In this document: piece after piece, positions 49,801-57,882 of the stretch
How positions within the stretch are numbered: the stretch's first letter is position 1
Layout: every line of letters begins with the position of its first letter
DNA from: Coprobacter sp.
Lineage (GTDB): Bacteria > Bacteroidota > Bacteroidia > Bacteroidales > Coprobacteraceae
Assembly (NCBI GenBank): GCA_022511245.1
Contig: JAFLRV010000001.1
Coordinates: 5,788 to 69,787, forward strand
Length of the DNA stretch: 64,000 nt
Reading direction: 5' to 3'
Made by a program: the position numbers and the translations under genes
Notes under the pieces: model-generated
What the model saw: the letters and a program-made list of their open reading frames with translations, nothing else
Database searches by the model: none
What the model was told of the DNA's origin: nothing

Positions 49801-52590
49801 GAACGGGAACAGCCCTCCCCCTTGTTGCAGATTACCGCCGGCACGTTCCGGGACCGGATGACTCCGGGTGAGCGGGAAGAGTGGACGTTCACGGTCAAAG
49901 ATGCGTCGGGCCAGCCGGTTTCAGCCCGGTTTGTCAGCGAAATGTTCGATGCCTCGCTCAACGACCTGCGGCCGCACGACTGGCATTTCGCCCCCGCCCT
50001 TTTTACCGGTCGCCCCATCCACTGGCAGGCAGGGGCCGACACCTTCGGTTTCCGGACGGCGAAATACCACGCCTACCCTTACATTCCGGCCGCCGGAATA
50101 TACTGCTACGACTTGCTGAAGGTACCCTTCTCCGTTCTCTACCGGGACAGCGGCACCGGACATATCCTCCCCCAGCCCCGTCTGTACGGCACAGCGGCCG
50201 GAGGCATACAGATGAACAGCATGCTGAGGATGAAAAGCAGCGTCACCGCCGATGCCGTCATGGAAGAGAGCATCGCCGAAACAGCCGATGCCGGAGAAGC
50301 ACCGGCCCCGATGCCGGCTGCCTACCGGCAGAACTTCAGCGAGACCGCCTTTTTCTACCCCCGCCTGCAAACCGACGACAACGGAGAGGTCTCCGTCCGG
50401 TTTACCGTTCCCGATTCGAACACCCGGTGGCAGTTCCTGGCGCTGGCTTTCACCCGGCAGCTTCAGTACCGGGTCGAGAAGCGGACGGCTGTCAGCAGCA
50501 AGACGCTGATGGTCAGCCCCAACGTACCCCGATTTGTACGGCAGGGCGACCGAACGACACTGGCGGCAAGCGTCGAAAACAGCGGCGATTCCTTACAGGA
50601 AGGCACGCTCCGGTTCGAACTGTTCGACCCCGCCACAGACACGGTGCTCCAGCAGGATGCGCAAGCCTTTGTCTTGGGACCGGGCGAATCCAAAACCGTC
50701 ATTTTCCCGTTTACCGCCCCTGAAGAGAGCGACCTGGCCGGAGTGCGTGTACAGGCAGTCACCGCCTGCTGTTCCGATGGAGAACAGCACTGGCTGCCGG
50801 TATTGCCCGAAAAAATACAGGTTACCGAAGCGCTGCGTTTCTCCCTGAACGAAGGAGAAACCGAAAAAAAGGTCGAGATGCGCGCTTTCACCGATACCCC
50901 CTCCCGGACCCGGCAAAACTACCGCATGACGCTCGAATACTCGGCCAATCCCATCTGGTATGCCGTACAAGCCTTGCCGGCGCTGACCGAAATCACCGAG
51001 AACGACGCCACCCGCATTTTTGCCGCCTATTACACCAACACGCTGGCGGCCGGCATCGCCCGTGCACACCCGCAAATCGCCTCAGCCCTGCGGCAATGGA
51101 ACGAGGGGAATCCCGCCGCCGAAACCCTCCGCTCCCGGCTGGAGAAAAATCCCGAACTCAAATCGGTGCTGCTGGCCGAAACAGCATGGGTGCTCGAAGC
51201 CCGGAACCAGACCGAACAGATGCGGCAGCTGGCCCGGCTGTTCGACACCAACCGGACGGAAGCCCTGCAGGACGAGGCCCTGAAAAAACTGCAACAGCTG
51301 CAAAACAGCGACGGCGGATGGAGCTGGACGCCGCAGTCGCCGGCCAACCCGTTCATTACCCTCCGGATACTGTACGGTCTCAAACGGCTCACAGACGGCG
51401 GATGGAGCAACACAGACAACCGCATCGCCCGGATGCAGCTCCGGGCACTGGCCTATGCCGACCGCATCGCCGCCACGACACCCCGCAACCTGAACAGCCA
51501 GCTGTATTACCTGTTTGTCCGCAGCCATTACCGGGACATTCCGCTGACCGGCGAAACCCTCGCCGCCCACCGGGAAATGACGGCCGCCCTGCGCAAGGAA
51601 TGGCCGAAACTCGCCCTGTACGAGAAAGCGCTGTCCGCCGTAATCCTGTACCGCTACGGATTCCCCGACGACGCCCGGCAGGTCATCCGCTCCCTGCGGG
51701 AACAGGCCACCGTCACGGCCGAAAACGGGATGTTCTGGCAGAACAACCGCTCTTACCGGAGCAGCCGCACCAACGCCATACAGGTGCATACCGCCTTGAT
51801 GACGGCATTTGCCGAAGTGACTCCTGACACCACAGAACTGGACCGGATGAAAGTCTGGCTCTTGCAGCAGAAACTTACGCAGAACTGGGGCAGCGTGCCC
51901 TCGACGGTCGATGCCATCGACATCCTGCTCCGCACCGGCACCTCATGGATAACAGACAACGGCACCCTGCACCTCCGGTGGGGCAATGAAGAGCTGCCCG
52001 TCACACCGGACGACAGAATTACCGGATATGTCCGGTATACCCGGCAGGGAAAAGAAATCGACAGCGAATCCGGCAAGGTGACCGTACGGCGGGACAGCCG
52101 GCAACCCGCATCGGGCGCACTCTACTGGCAATATTTCGACAGCCCTCTCCACATCGGGAAATCGGAGGTGCCCGGCCTGTCGGTCGAAAAACAGCTCCGG
52201 GTCGGCAAAACGACCCCCGACGGCATCGAATATGTTCCGGTAAACACCACGACCCTGCACACGGGCGACCTCGTCGAAGTCCGGTTAATCGTCAAAACCG
52301 GCCAAGACCTCGATTTCGTCTGCCTGACCGACCAGCGGGCCGCCTGTTTCGAACCGGTCGAACAGCTGTCGCAATACAAATGGAGCGAAAAAACAAGCTA
52401 CCTGCAAGAGAACGGCGATGCGGCCACCCGGTTCTTTTTCGAGAGCCTTCCCAAAGGAACGTACCTGTTCACCTATCCGGTGCGTATCGACCGGAGCGGC
52501 ACTTACGGGAACGGCATCACCACCTTGCAGTGCCAGTATGCCCCCCAGTTTGTCGCCCATACCGCCGGCGGGGTCATTACCGTAGAATAG
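46831..52590 (+). CDS. alpha-2-macroglobulin family protein (very large, apparently without thioester)
   Basis: Start moved to MKTIRFSHIALFFFLAVVPFHRLSAQS (signal peptide). MG-domain motifs DRSLYRPGQTVQFTG and FSETAFFYPRLQTDDNGEVSVRFTVPDSNTRWQFLALAF. No C-x-E-Q anywhere in the translation. Confidence 0.85.
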   Translation: MKTIRFSHIALFFFLAVVPFHRLSAQSRTARPLFNAEDSVRRVQPATMMQRDSELLQKALEINDTPQVIRHLIGRMDSQLYISQDSFPAQLARIEKFTRTVSQSAEKALLNSLLAELYLNAYIDDAYIYEKRSRQPDAPADIREWDAGLFTRKIDSLLVQSLLPAGTLQQTLVETFRAVITFGDDSRQLRPTLFDFLAGRAIDIYRALPFSGFSPASPSRLRSALAPAQEFMQEAASGCETPDCRILDIYRQLLRFHGNDPLSPAFLVTDLDRLAFAAARVPDGSARYTEALLQQLERYATSPESVEIAARLLVGYMYNESDSLLRERITGLLADSKKRLEMWPQAVRSADLRKAVEAIEQPFLSVQAPAVIYPDGKDSLRVTWRNLDDIRLQIYRIPAGKAEPARYEPVATYPAGQPVYEAGRHLSDTCTPIERQTRIPLPALAPGRYMVKARSLSSPADSACTAVHVTRLMSAFSRVGEKQTIFVADARSGKPLSKASVQLYSYQRNDSLEYLGDYRTDKNGTVDIDTPETLRYRIVLRNDTCPLSFRSYPEEEYTPEEVHLALFTDRSLYRPGQTVQFTGICYRLGKESRQVLPGETVSLSLSRWGEPLSAREVTTDGFGAFSGEFTLPDNITSGWMSIDARTARTSSAISFEIAEYKRPTFRIDFRETPETAGFGQTASVKGQVSRYSGTPLSGARTEYRILRLPDWFRRGAASRQQVAEGTLLTDEKGGFTIQFTPQKPEEDAFSTGFGYNYRIEVTVTAPNGETQETAYTLPVSDSPVSVSVSLPDLIDRTRPVPLGIQVTDSRPSGTPVECRYILYSLYPSETPQEIYQLHQNKIHSQITQQEFTAATIPDSARWEQLPSGAYRLLVQAVDPQGKIISSQADFVLYSPRDKKLPVHVTEWIPCEKYTVRPGETAHIVYGTSFEDTYLLVRLYEGTRLLETRRMKISNRVKTIDIPYKESYRDDLTLSLLFIKEGQVYSRQIAIEREQPSPLLQITAGTFRDRMTPGEREEWTFTVKDASGQPVSARFVSEMFDASLNDLRPHDWHFAPALFTGRPIHWQAGADTFGFRTAKYHAYPYIPAAGIYCYDLLKVPFSVLYRDSGTGHILPQPRLYGTAAGGIQMNSMLRMKSSVTADAVMEESIAETADAGEAPAPMPAAYRQNFSETAFFYPRLQTDDNGEVSVRFTVPDSNTRWQFLALAFTRQLQYRVEKRTAVSSKTLMVSPNVPRFVRQGDRTTLAASVENSGDSLQEGTLRFELFDPATDTVLQQDAQAFVLGPGESKTVIFPFTAPEESDLAGVRVQAVTACCSDGEQHWLPVLPEKIQVTEALRFSLNEGETEKKVEMRAFTDTPSRTRQNYRMTLEYSANPIWYAVQALPALTEITENDATRIFAAYYTNTLAAGIARAHPQIASALRQWNEGNPAAETLRSRLEKNPELKSVLLAETAWVLEARNQTEQMRQLARLFDTNRTEALQDEALKKLQQLQNSDGGWSWTPQSPANPFITLRILYGLKRLTDGGWSNTDNRIARMQLRALAYADRIAATTPRNLNSQLYYLFVRSHYRDIPLTGETLAAHREMTAALRKEWPKLALYEKALSAVILYRYGFPDDARQVIRSLREQATVTAENGMFWQNNRSYRSSRTNAIQVHTALMTAFAEVTPDTTELDRMKVWLLQQKLTQNWGSVPSTVDAIDILLRTGTSWITDNGTLHLRWGNEELPVTPDDRITGYVRYTRQGKEIDSESGKVTVRRDSRQPASGALYWQYFDSPLHIGKSEVPGLSVEKQLRVGKTTPDGIEYVPVNTTTLHTGDLVEVRLIVKTGQDLDFVCLTDQRAACFEPVEQLSQYKWSEKTSYLQENGDAATRFFFESLPKGTYLFTYPVRIDRSGTYGNGITTLQCQYAPQFVAHTAGGVITVE

Positions 52591-52625
52591 ACATGCACCG
52601 GTTCGCCGGTCAACTTTCCGGAAAA

Positions 52626-52657
52626 ACGCTTCGATTCAGACACGGAGCGTTTTTTTA
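52626..52657 (+). terminator. rho-independent terminator after the A2M gene
   Basis: 8-bp stem acgcttcg/cggagcgt (one G-U pair), 9-nt loop, 8-nt T-run. Confidence 0.7.
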
Positions 52658-52728
52658 TGCTTTTCCGGCACCGGAAATCTTCCCTCCGCTTTCGGGGATT
52701 ATTTCAGCAAGTTTCCCCTTTAGTTTAT

Positions 52729-52736
52729 TATTTTTG
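52729..52736 (+). promoter_or_regulatory. TAnnTTTG box upstream of the tandem-repeat leader
   Basis: TATTTTTG, 36 nt upstream of the ATG at 52772, which opens the repeat-containing short ORF. Confidence 0.35.
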
Positions 52737-52784
52737 TCTTTAGTCTTTGTCTTAATCGCGCGTACATTATAATGCAACGGGAAA

Positions 52785-52868
52785 ACCTCGTCCACAACCT
52801 CGTCCATTACCTCGTCCATTACCTCGTCCACAACCTCGCCCTCAACCTCGTCCTCAACCTCGTCCATT
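52785..52868. repeat. seven tandem 12-bp repeats (ACCTCGTCCAYW-like)
   Basis: acctcgtccaca / acctcgtccatt / acctcgtccatt / acctcgtccaca / acctcgccctca / acctcgtcctca / acctcgtccatt, then a degenerate accgtc. The frame is preserved on both strands. Confidence 0.9.
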
Positions 52869-53066
52869 ACCGTCTCAAATCCGGGTTCGCTGAAATCCGG
52901 CAAGGGGCGAAATCCCCACATAAGGATATACGGGGGATAAAAACTTTCATTTTATTTGCATAACCCAAGATAAATGGCTTACTTTACTGAACCGGACGAT
53001 AACGACAGGGCTTCGGAATCGCACACAAACAGCCTGTCGCCAGCGCCGGATGGAACAGCACAGACC

Positions 53067-54011
53067 ATGAAACTGAAAATTTACATACCGATATTCGCCT
53101 TCTGCCTGCTCGCCGCAGCAGAAGGTCTTGCCGTACAGGGAGCCTATGCCAAAGGCCTCCGCTCCCCCGTCACCGACCGACCCGAAAAAGAGGAACTGCC
53201 CCTGCCCGTTGTTCCGGACACCCTGCGCACGCCGGCCGAGCGGGCGGGATACATCGTCACCCACTTTTGGGACGCCATGAATTTCAAAGACAGCCGACGG
53301 GCGGGAGACCGGGATTTCATGGAGCAGAACTTTGCCAATTTCGTCAGCCTTTTCCCGCTCTGCGACACGACCGTTCTGAAACCGGCCGTCGGGCAGTTGT
53401 GGAAACGGGCCGAAAGCAGCCGCATGGCCTCGCTCCTGCTGGCCGATACCGCTGAAAAATATCTTTACGAGACGGCCTCGCCATTTGCATCGGAACCCTT
53501 TTACCAGCTTTTTCTGGAACAGATGGTTCACTCACCGGCACTGAGCGACTATTCCCGGATACGATACGGCTACCAGCTGGAAGCCGTGCGCAAGAACCAG
53601 CCCGGCATGCCGGCCGCCGATTTCGACTACGTGACACGTGAGGGCAGCCCGGCCACACTGTACCGGACACCGGTCCGGCAGCAGCTGCTGCTGCTCTTTT
53701 TCGACCCCGACTGCGACCACTGCCGGGAAACGCTCGACATGCTGAAAGAGAGCCCCGACATAACGGCGGCGGTAACGGCCGGAACACTTGACATACTGGC
53801 GGTCTACTCCGGCGACGACCGGGAGTTGTGGGAGGAGACGGTCGCTCCTCTGCCGGCGGCATGGACCGTAGGGATTAACGAGGGCAGCATCTACGACACC
53901 GAAAGTTTTGTGCTGCGTTCGATGCCTACCCTCTACCTGCTCGACCGGGACAAACGGGTCGTTCTTAAAAACATCCGGCCCGAAAACCTGACAGAGGAAC
54001 TCTTCCCGTAA
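53067..54011 (+). CDS. thioredoxin-fold (TlpA-like) protein with an N-terminal helical domain (I recall this layout as DUF5106 + thioredoxin-like)
   Basis: Start taken at MKLKIYIPIFAFCLLAAAEG (signal). The C-terminal half, LLLLFFDPDCDHCRETL...PTLYLLDRDKRVVLKN, fits a CxxC thioredoxin fold. Confidence 0.6.
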   Translation: MKLKIYIPIFAFCLLAAAEGLAVQGAYAKGLRSPVTDRPEKEELPLPVVPDTLRTPAERAGYIVTHFWDAMNFKDSRRAGDRDFMEQNFANFVSLFPLCDTTVLKPAVGQLWKRAESSRMASLLLADTAEKYLYETASPFASEPFYQLFLEQMVHSPALSDYSRIRYGYQLEAVRKNQPGMPAADFDYVTREGSPATLYRTPVRQQLLLLFFDPDCDHCRETLDMLKESPDITAAVTAGTLDILAVYSGDDRELWEETVAPLPAAWTVGINEGSIYDTESFVLRSMPTLYLLDRDKRVVLKNIRPENLTEELFP

Positions 54012-54042
54012 CCGGCGGAATACCGGACACAAGATAAAACGG

Positions 54043-54079
54043 GAAAGGGGTATGACATGAATGTTGTCATACCCCTTTC
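54043..54079. terminator. 15-bp perfect hairpin between the thioredoxin-like gene and tRNA-Ser
   Basis: gaaaggggtatgaca-tgaatgt-tgtcatacccctttc. It has no long T-run on either side. Confidence 0.55.
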
Positions 54080-54086
54080 GGCTCTG

Positions 54087-54174
54087 CGGAGGGAGGGGGA
54101 TTCGAACCCCCGAACCGCTTTAGGCGATTACACGCTTTCCAGGCGTGCCTCTTCAACCACTCGAGCATCTCTCC
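54087..54174 (-). tRNA. tRNA-Ser (anticodon GGA)
   Basis: The minus strand reads GGAGAGATGCTCGAGTGGTTGAAGAGGCACGCCTGGAAAGCGTG-(long variable arm)-GGGGGTTCGAATCCCCCTCCCTCCG. It has the CT-GGA-AA anticodon loop, a TTCGAAT T-loop and a class II long variable arm. CCA is not encoded. Confidence 0.9.
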
Positions 54175-54184
54175 AATAAAGAAT

Positions 54185-54221
54185 CCGCTTTTGCCGGACA
54201 CACACTCTCCGGCAAAAGCGG
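54185..54221 (-). terminator. 14-bp perfect hairpin after the TonB-dependent receptor gene
   Basis: ccgcttttgccgga-cacacactc-tccggcaaaagcgg. On the minus strand it is followed by attctttatt. Confidence 0.6.
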
Positions 54222-54292
54222 TGCAAATATAACTCTTTTTCTGAAAGAAACCAATTTAATTTTTATTTTCTCACTTCAAGGCTGGTTTTTTC

Positions 54293-56656
54293 TCAGAAAC
54301 GAACAGTTATATCTGCCCCGAACGTGATGGGTCGGCCCTGCTGGGCAAAACCATTGTCACGACTCAGATTCCGGGCATTCATCACCTCAAAATAAAAAGC
54401 CTGATACCGGCAATTCAACAGGTTTTTGCCCCATAACCTCACACTTACATTTTTTTTGGTAAAAGATACATTTCCGTTCAACAACCCGTAGAAGGGCTGG
54501 GATACATCGTTGGCCTCCGTCCAGTAAACCGGCCCCTGTCCGGTATATTGCAGGGCGATATCGACCGTGTCGAGCCACGACCGCCGCACCGGAATGGAAT
54601 ACCCGCCGGTTACCGACAGGGTGTGTCTGGGAGTGAACGGAACGAAATTATTCTTGTAATCGACCTCTCCGTCGTTGTTCGACACAAAGCGGGCATCGGT
54701 AAATCCGTAAGCGGCCGAGAACTGCAGGTTGTCGGTCGGAACGACCCGGACAGAAGCCTCCAGCCCTTTGCTGGCCGAACGGCCCGAATTTTTCGTTATG
54801 CGCCCGTAACCGCTCACCACCGAAATCTGCTGGTCGCGGCAATCGATGTAAAAGAGCGAAAGGTCGGCATTCACCCGCCGGTTCCAAAAAGAGGCATGCC
54901 CCCCGATTTCATAGTTCCAGCTGTGTTCAGGATGATAGGAAATGACATCACGCACCGGCAGCTCTCCGCCCGACGACAAATCGGGCATCTGCACCGTCGG
55001 CGGCATCATTCCGGCTGCGGCCTGCATGATTTCGGTTTTCATCTGCGTCTGTATCAGGTTGGAGAACATCTGGAAATTGTACCCGCCCGAACGGTAGCCT
55101 CTCGTTGCCGAAGCATACACAAAGGCGGTACGGTCTATTTTGTATTTCAGTTCGAATTTGGGGGACAGCTCCCACATATCCATCTGCTCCCGGCCCTCGA
55201 TACCCAAATCGATATCATCCAGCGGGATGCTCATTTCCCGGCCGGCCATGTTCATCACCACACGGGTATGCATCGCCTCATCGGCAAACGTCCGGTGCCG
55301 GATGCGGGCATTCTCATAATCGAGCCGCAAACCGGCCGTCACCGAAAGACCGTCGGTGAACAGGCCGTCGTAAGAGAGCTGCTGAAACAGAGCCAGCCCG
55401 TAGGAGGGCGTATCATACACCCCGTCGATATAGAGATTCGCGTTGTCGACAGCGAGCGACAGAGACGGCATGGAGGGGAACTGCTCCTGAAGAGCGGCCA
55501 GCTGGGAGTTGGTCTGCCCCTCTATCAGATAGGCGATGCCGTCCTCCTTGAAATCGACCGGTCCCCGAGTGCGCAACCCGGAATAGAACCCGAAAAATCC
55601 CGACACCCACTGCAACGGCTTCCCGACGGGCGACTTCAACACCAGTTCCTGCGTGACGGCATTCTGCCGCTGTTTCTGCTGCAAGGTAAACACCGAAAGC
55701 GGCGTAAAATCCTGATCCATGTGCATATCGTCTTTCAGGAACTGGTAGCCGGTGGTGGAACTCAAGATGAACCGGTCGTGCAGATACTGCAAAAACAGGC
55801 TGCTGGTCGAGAGCGTGCGCTCATACGATGACCGGTCGTTGTAGGCGATATCGCCCCATTGCCGGGTATCCTTGTCATAGGCGCTGTAAGGATAGCCCTC
55901 CTGTATGCTGCTTTCGAAATCGGCCGAAAGATTTATCTTCAGGCGGGGATTGATGCGGAACTGAAACTGTCCCCGTCCGCCGATGACTTCGGAAAAGAGA
56001 CACCGGGAGCCGTCATAGCTGTTCGTAAAACTGCCGTTATCCTTGCGATACTGGCCCCCTAAGGAAAAGGCCACTTTGTCATTTATCCGGTGAAGGTGCG
56101 AGACAGAGGCATTGAATACATTGTAATTTCCGTATCCGGCCCGTATTTTGGTTCCCTGCCGTTCGAACGGAGACTGGGTGTACACATTCACCAGACCGGC
56201 CATCGTATTGCGGCCGTAAAGCGTCCCCTGCGGACCTTTCAGCACCTCGATTTTCTCGATGTCCAGAAAATCGAAATCGAACGAACTTTTGTCGAGATAG
56301 GGCACGTTGTCGACATACAGACCCACCGCCGGCGAATTGATGCGGGAACCGATACCCCGAATATAAACCGCAGAAATCAGTTTCGACCCGTAATCGGGGA
56401 CATACAAATTCGGCGACAAGGCCGAAAGATTTTTCATGGTCTCGATTTTGTAATCGTTGATGGTGCGGGTATCGAATACCGATATCGAACCGGGAAACTC
56501 CGCCAGTCTCAGTTCCGACTTGGGATTGGAAACCACCTCGATTTCCTGTAAATAATAATTTTTAACCAACGAGGTATCGGCCGGTTCCCCGTCGGAAGCG
56601 GCATAGCCGCCCAGCGGAAGACCCAGAAGAAAACACAATAACGCTCCTTTTTTCAT
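54293..56656 (-). CDS. TonB-dependent receptor (non-SusC type, with no SusD partner)
   Basis: About 787 aa from the ATG (the track start is a GTG one codon earlier). Plug-domain motifs IEVLKGPQGTLYGRNTMAGLVNVYT. C-terminus FGADITVRF. Confidence 0.9.
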   Translation of the reverse strand: MKKGALLCFLLGLPLGGYAASDGEPADTSLVKNYYLQEIEVVSNPKSELRLAEFPGSISVFDTRTINDYKIETMKNLSALSPNLYVPDYGSKLISAVYIRGIGSRINSPAVGLYVDNVPYLDKSSFDFDFLDIEKIEVLKGPQGTLYGRNTMAGLVNVYTQSPFERQGTKIRAGYGNYNVFNASVSHLHRINDKVAFSLGGQYRKDNGSFTNSYDGSRCLFSEVIGGRGQFQFRINPRLKINLSADFESSIQEGYPYSAYDKDTRQWGDIAYNDRSSYERTLSTSSLFLQYLHDRFILSSTTGYQFLKDDMHMDQDFTPLSVFTLQQKQRQNAVTQELVLKSPVGKPLQWVSGFFGFYSGLRTRGPVDFKEDGIAYLIEGQTNSQLAALQEQFPSMPSLSLAVDNANLYIDGVYDTPSYGLALFQQLSYDGLFTDGLSVTAGLRLDYENARIRHRTFADEAMHTRVVMNMAGREMSIPLDDIDLGIEGREQMDMWELSPKFELKYKIDRTAFVYASATRGYRSGGYNFQMFSNLIQTQMKTEIMQAAAGMMPPTVQMPDLSSGGELPVRDVISYHPEHSWNYEIGGHASFWNRRVNADLSLFYIDCRDQQISVVSGYGRITKNSGRSASKGLEASVRVVPTDNLQFSAAYGFTDARFVSNNDGEVDYKNNFVPFTPRHTLSVTGGYSIPVRRSWLDTVDIALQYTGQGPVYWTEANDVSQPFYGLLNGNVSFTKKNVSVRLWGKNLLNCRYQAFYFEVMNARNLSRDNGFAQQGRPITFGADITVRF

Positions 56657-56679
56657 CACTATACTATATTCATATATAA

Positions 56680-56718
56680 ATTACCGGATGCAAAGTAACA
56701 GAGAAAAAGATTACCGGA
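56680..56718. repeat. 9-bp direct repeat ATTACCGGA x2, exactly 30 bp apart
   Basis: 56680-56688 and 56710-56718, within the 261-bp divergent region between the TonB-dependent receptor and the ECF sigma gene. Confidence 0.7.
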
Positions 56719-56917
56719 CAATCCCCACATGTAGTGATATTTCAGCACCCTGAAAAGGGATACGGAACGAAACTTTCCCGTCCAATTCACAAAAGCTAAC
56801 ATCTATTTTTTGCATATTTCATATATTTTATCGTAATTCGTCCGCTGTAAAAGAGCCACCGCTCGAAAAGACTTATTTTAAAGAATCTTGTCTCAACTAT
56901 AATATTACGGGGAACCA

Positions 56918-57475
56918 ATGGGTACACAACCGCTCGACGAAGCCAAACTTATCGAACAAATTCAGAATCCGCAGCAATGCAGAAAGGCATTCAGCGAGAT
57001 AGTTGCCCGATACAGCGAACCCCTGTACTGGCAAATCCGGAAAATCGTACTTTCTCACGACGATGCCGACGACGTGCTCCAGAATACCTTTCTGAAAGCA
57101 TGGAGCAACCTCTCCTGTTTCCGGGCCGAAGCCCGTCTCTCGACATGGCTGCACCGCATCGCCATCAACGAAAGTCTGACCTATCTGAGCAAGCAGCGGC
57201 AGGAGCAAAATATCTCGATAGACAGCGATGACTCGTTTCTGGCCGACAAACTGGAGGCCGACACGTGGTTCGACGGCGACGACTTGCAGCTGAAACTGCA
57301 AAAAGCCATTCTGCGGCTGCCCGAAAAACAGCGGCTGGTTTTCAATATGAAATATTTCGACGACATGAAATACGAAGAAATTTCAGAGATACTGGGCACC
57401 TCCGTAGGCGCACTGAAAGCCTCGTACCACCATGCCGTCAAAAAAATCGAAGAATTTTTATCGATAGAGCATTAA
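56918..57475 (+). CDS. RNA polymerase ECF-type sigma-70 factor
   Basis: 185 aa. Region 2 (DDADDVLQNTFLKAW...WLHRIAINESL) and region 4 (LPEKQRLVFNMKYFDDMKYEEISEILGTSVGALKASYHHAVKKI). Confidence 0.9.
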   Translation: MGTQPLDEAKLIEQIQNPQQCRKAFSEIVARYSEPLYWQIRKIVLSHDDADDVLQNTFLKAWSNLSCFRAEARLSTWLHRIAINESLTYLSKQRQEQNISIDSDDSFLADKLEADTWFDGDDLQLKLQKAILRLPEKQRLVFNMKYFDDMKYEEISEILGTSVGALKASYHHAVKKIEEFLSIEH

Positions 57476-57507
57476 ACCTTTTATTCCCGTTTCTGTCTAA
57501 CCGATGT

Positions 57508-57858
57508 ATGATGAAAAAGGAAACTGACATATGGCAGCAAATCGACCGCAAAAGCGGATTTAAACTGCCCGACAACTATTTCGACAGCCTGACCGAAAAA
57601 GTAATGGCCCAGCTGCCCGACATCGAGAGAGAAGAACCTGTCAGGGTGACCCTCTGGCAGCGGTGTAAAGTTTGGGTCTACATGGCCGCCATGTTCGCCG
57701 GGATGTCCCTGCTGGTAAAAACGTTTGTCCCCACAGCCGGAACCGGCGCAGGAACAACGACAGCCCAGACGGAAACCGCCGACGACAATGCCGACGATTA
57801 CCTCTATTACACGCACATCAGCGACTATGCCCTGTATGAATATCTGGCCGAAGAATAA
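57508..57858 (+). CDS. single-pass membrane protein, putative anti-sigma factor
   Basis: MMKKETDIWQQIDRKSGFKLPDNYFDSL..., one TM helix (VWVYMAAMFAGMSLLV). Its position directly after the ECF sigma gene is the main argument. Confidence 0.45.
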   Translation: MMKKETDIWQQIDRKSGFKLPDNYFDSLTEKVMAQLPDIEREEPVRVTLWQRCKVWVYMAAMFAGMSLLVKTFVPTAGTGAGTTTAQTETADDNADDYLYYTHISDYALYEYLAEE

Positions 57859-57882
57859 CCCCTAACCTCAATATTTCAAAAC

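Noticed and set aside
50740-50790. CCSDGEQ in the A2M protein as a variant thioester
   Set aside because: The spacing is C-x3-E-Q rather than C-x-E-Q. The string lies in an MG-like region upstream of where the thioester domain should begin. Confirmation by alignment is listed under the A2M finding.
52785-52868. Possible CRISPR array
   Set aside because: The units are 12 bp and directly abutting, with no spacers, and there are no cas genes. This is a simple tandem repeat.
52655-52921. 88-aa minus-strand ORF with acidic (V/M)DEV repeats as a real gene
   Set aside because: I found no promoter-like box upstream on the minus strand, and it would run head-on into the A2M terminator. It stays open simply because the repeat length is a multiple of three. 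It is kept only as an alternative inside the tandem-repeat finding.
54087-54174. tRNA-Ser as an integration site of a genomic island
   Set aside because: There is no integrase gene nearby. I noticed no second copy of the tRNA 3-prime segment in the window. The flanking genes have host-like composition.
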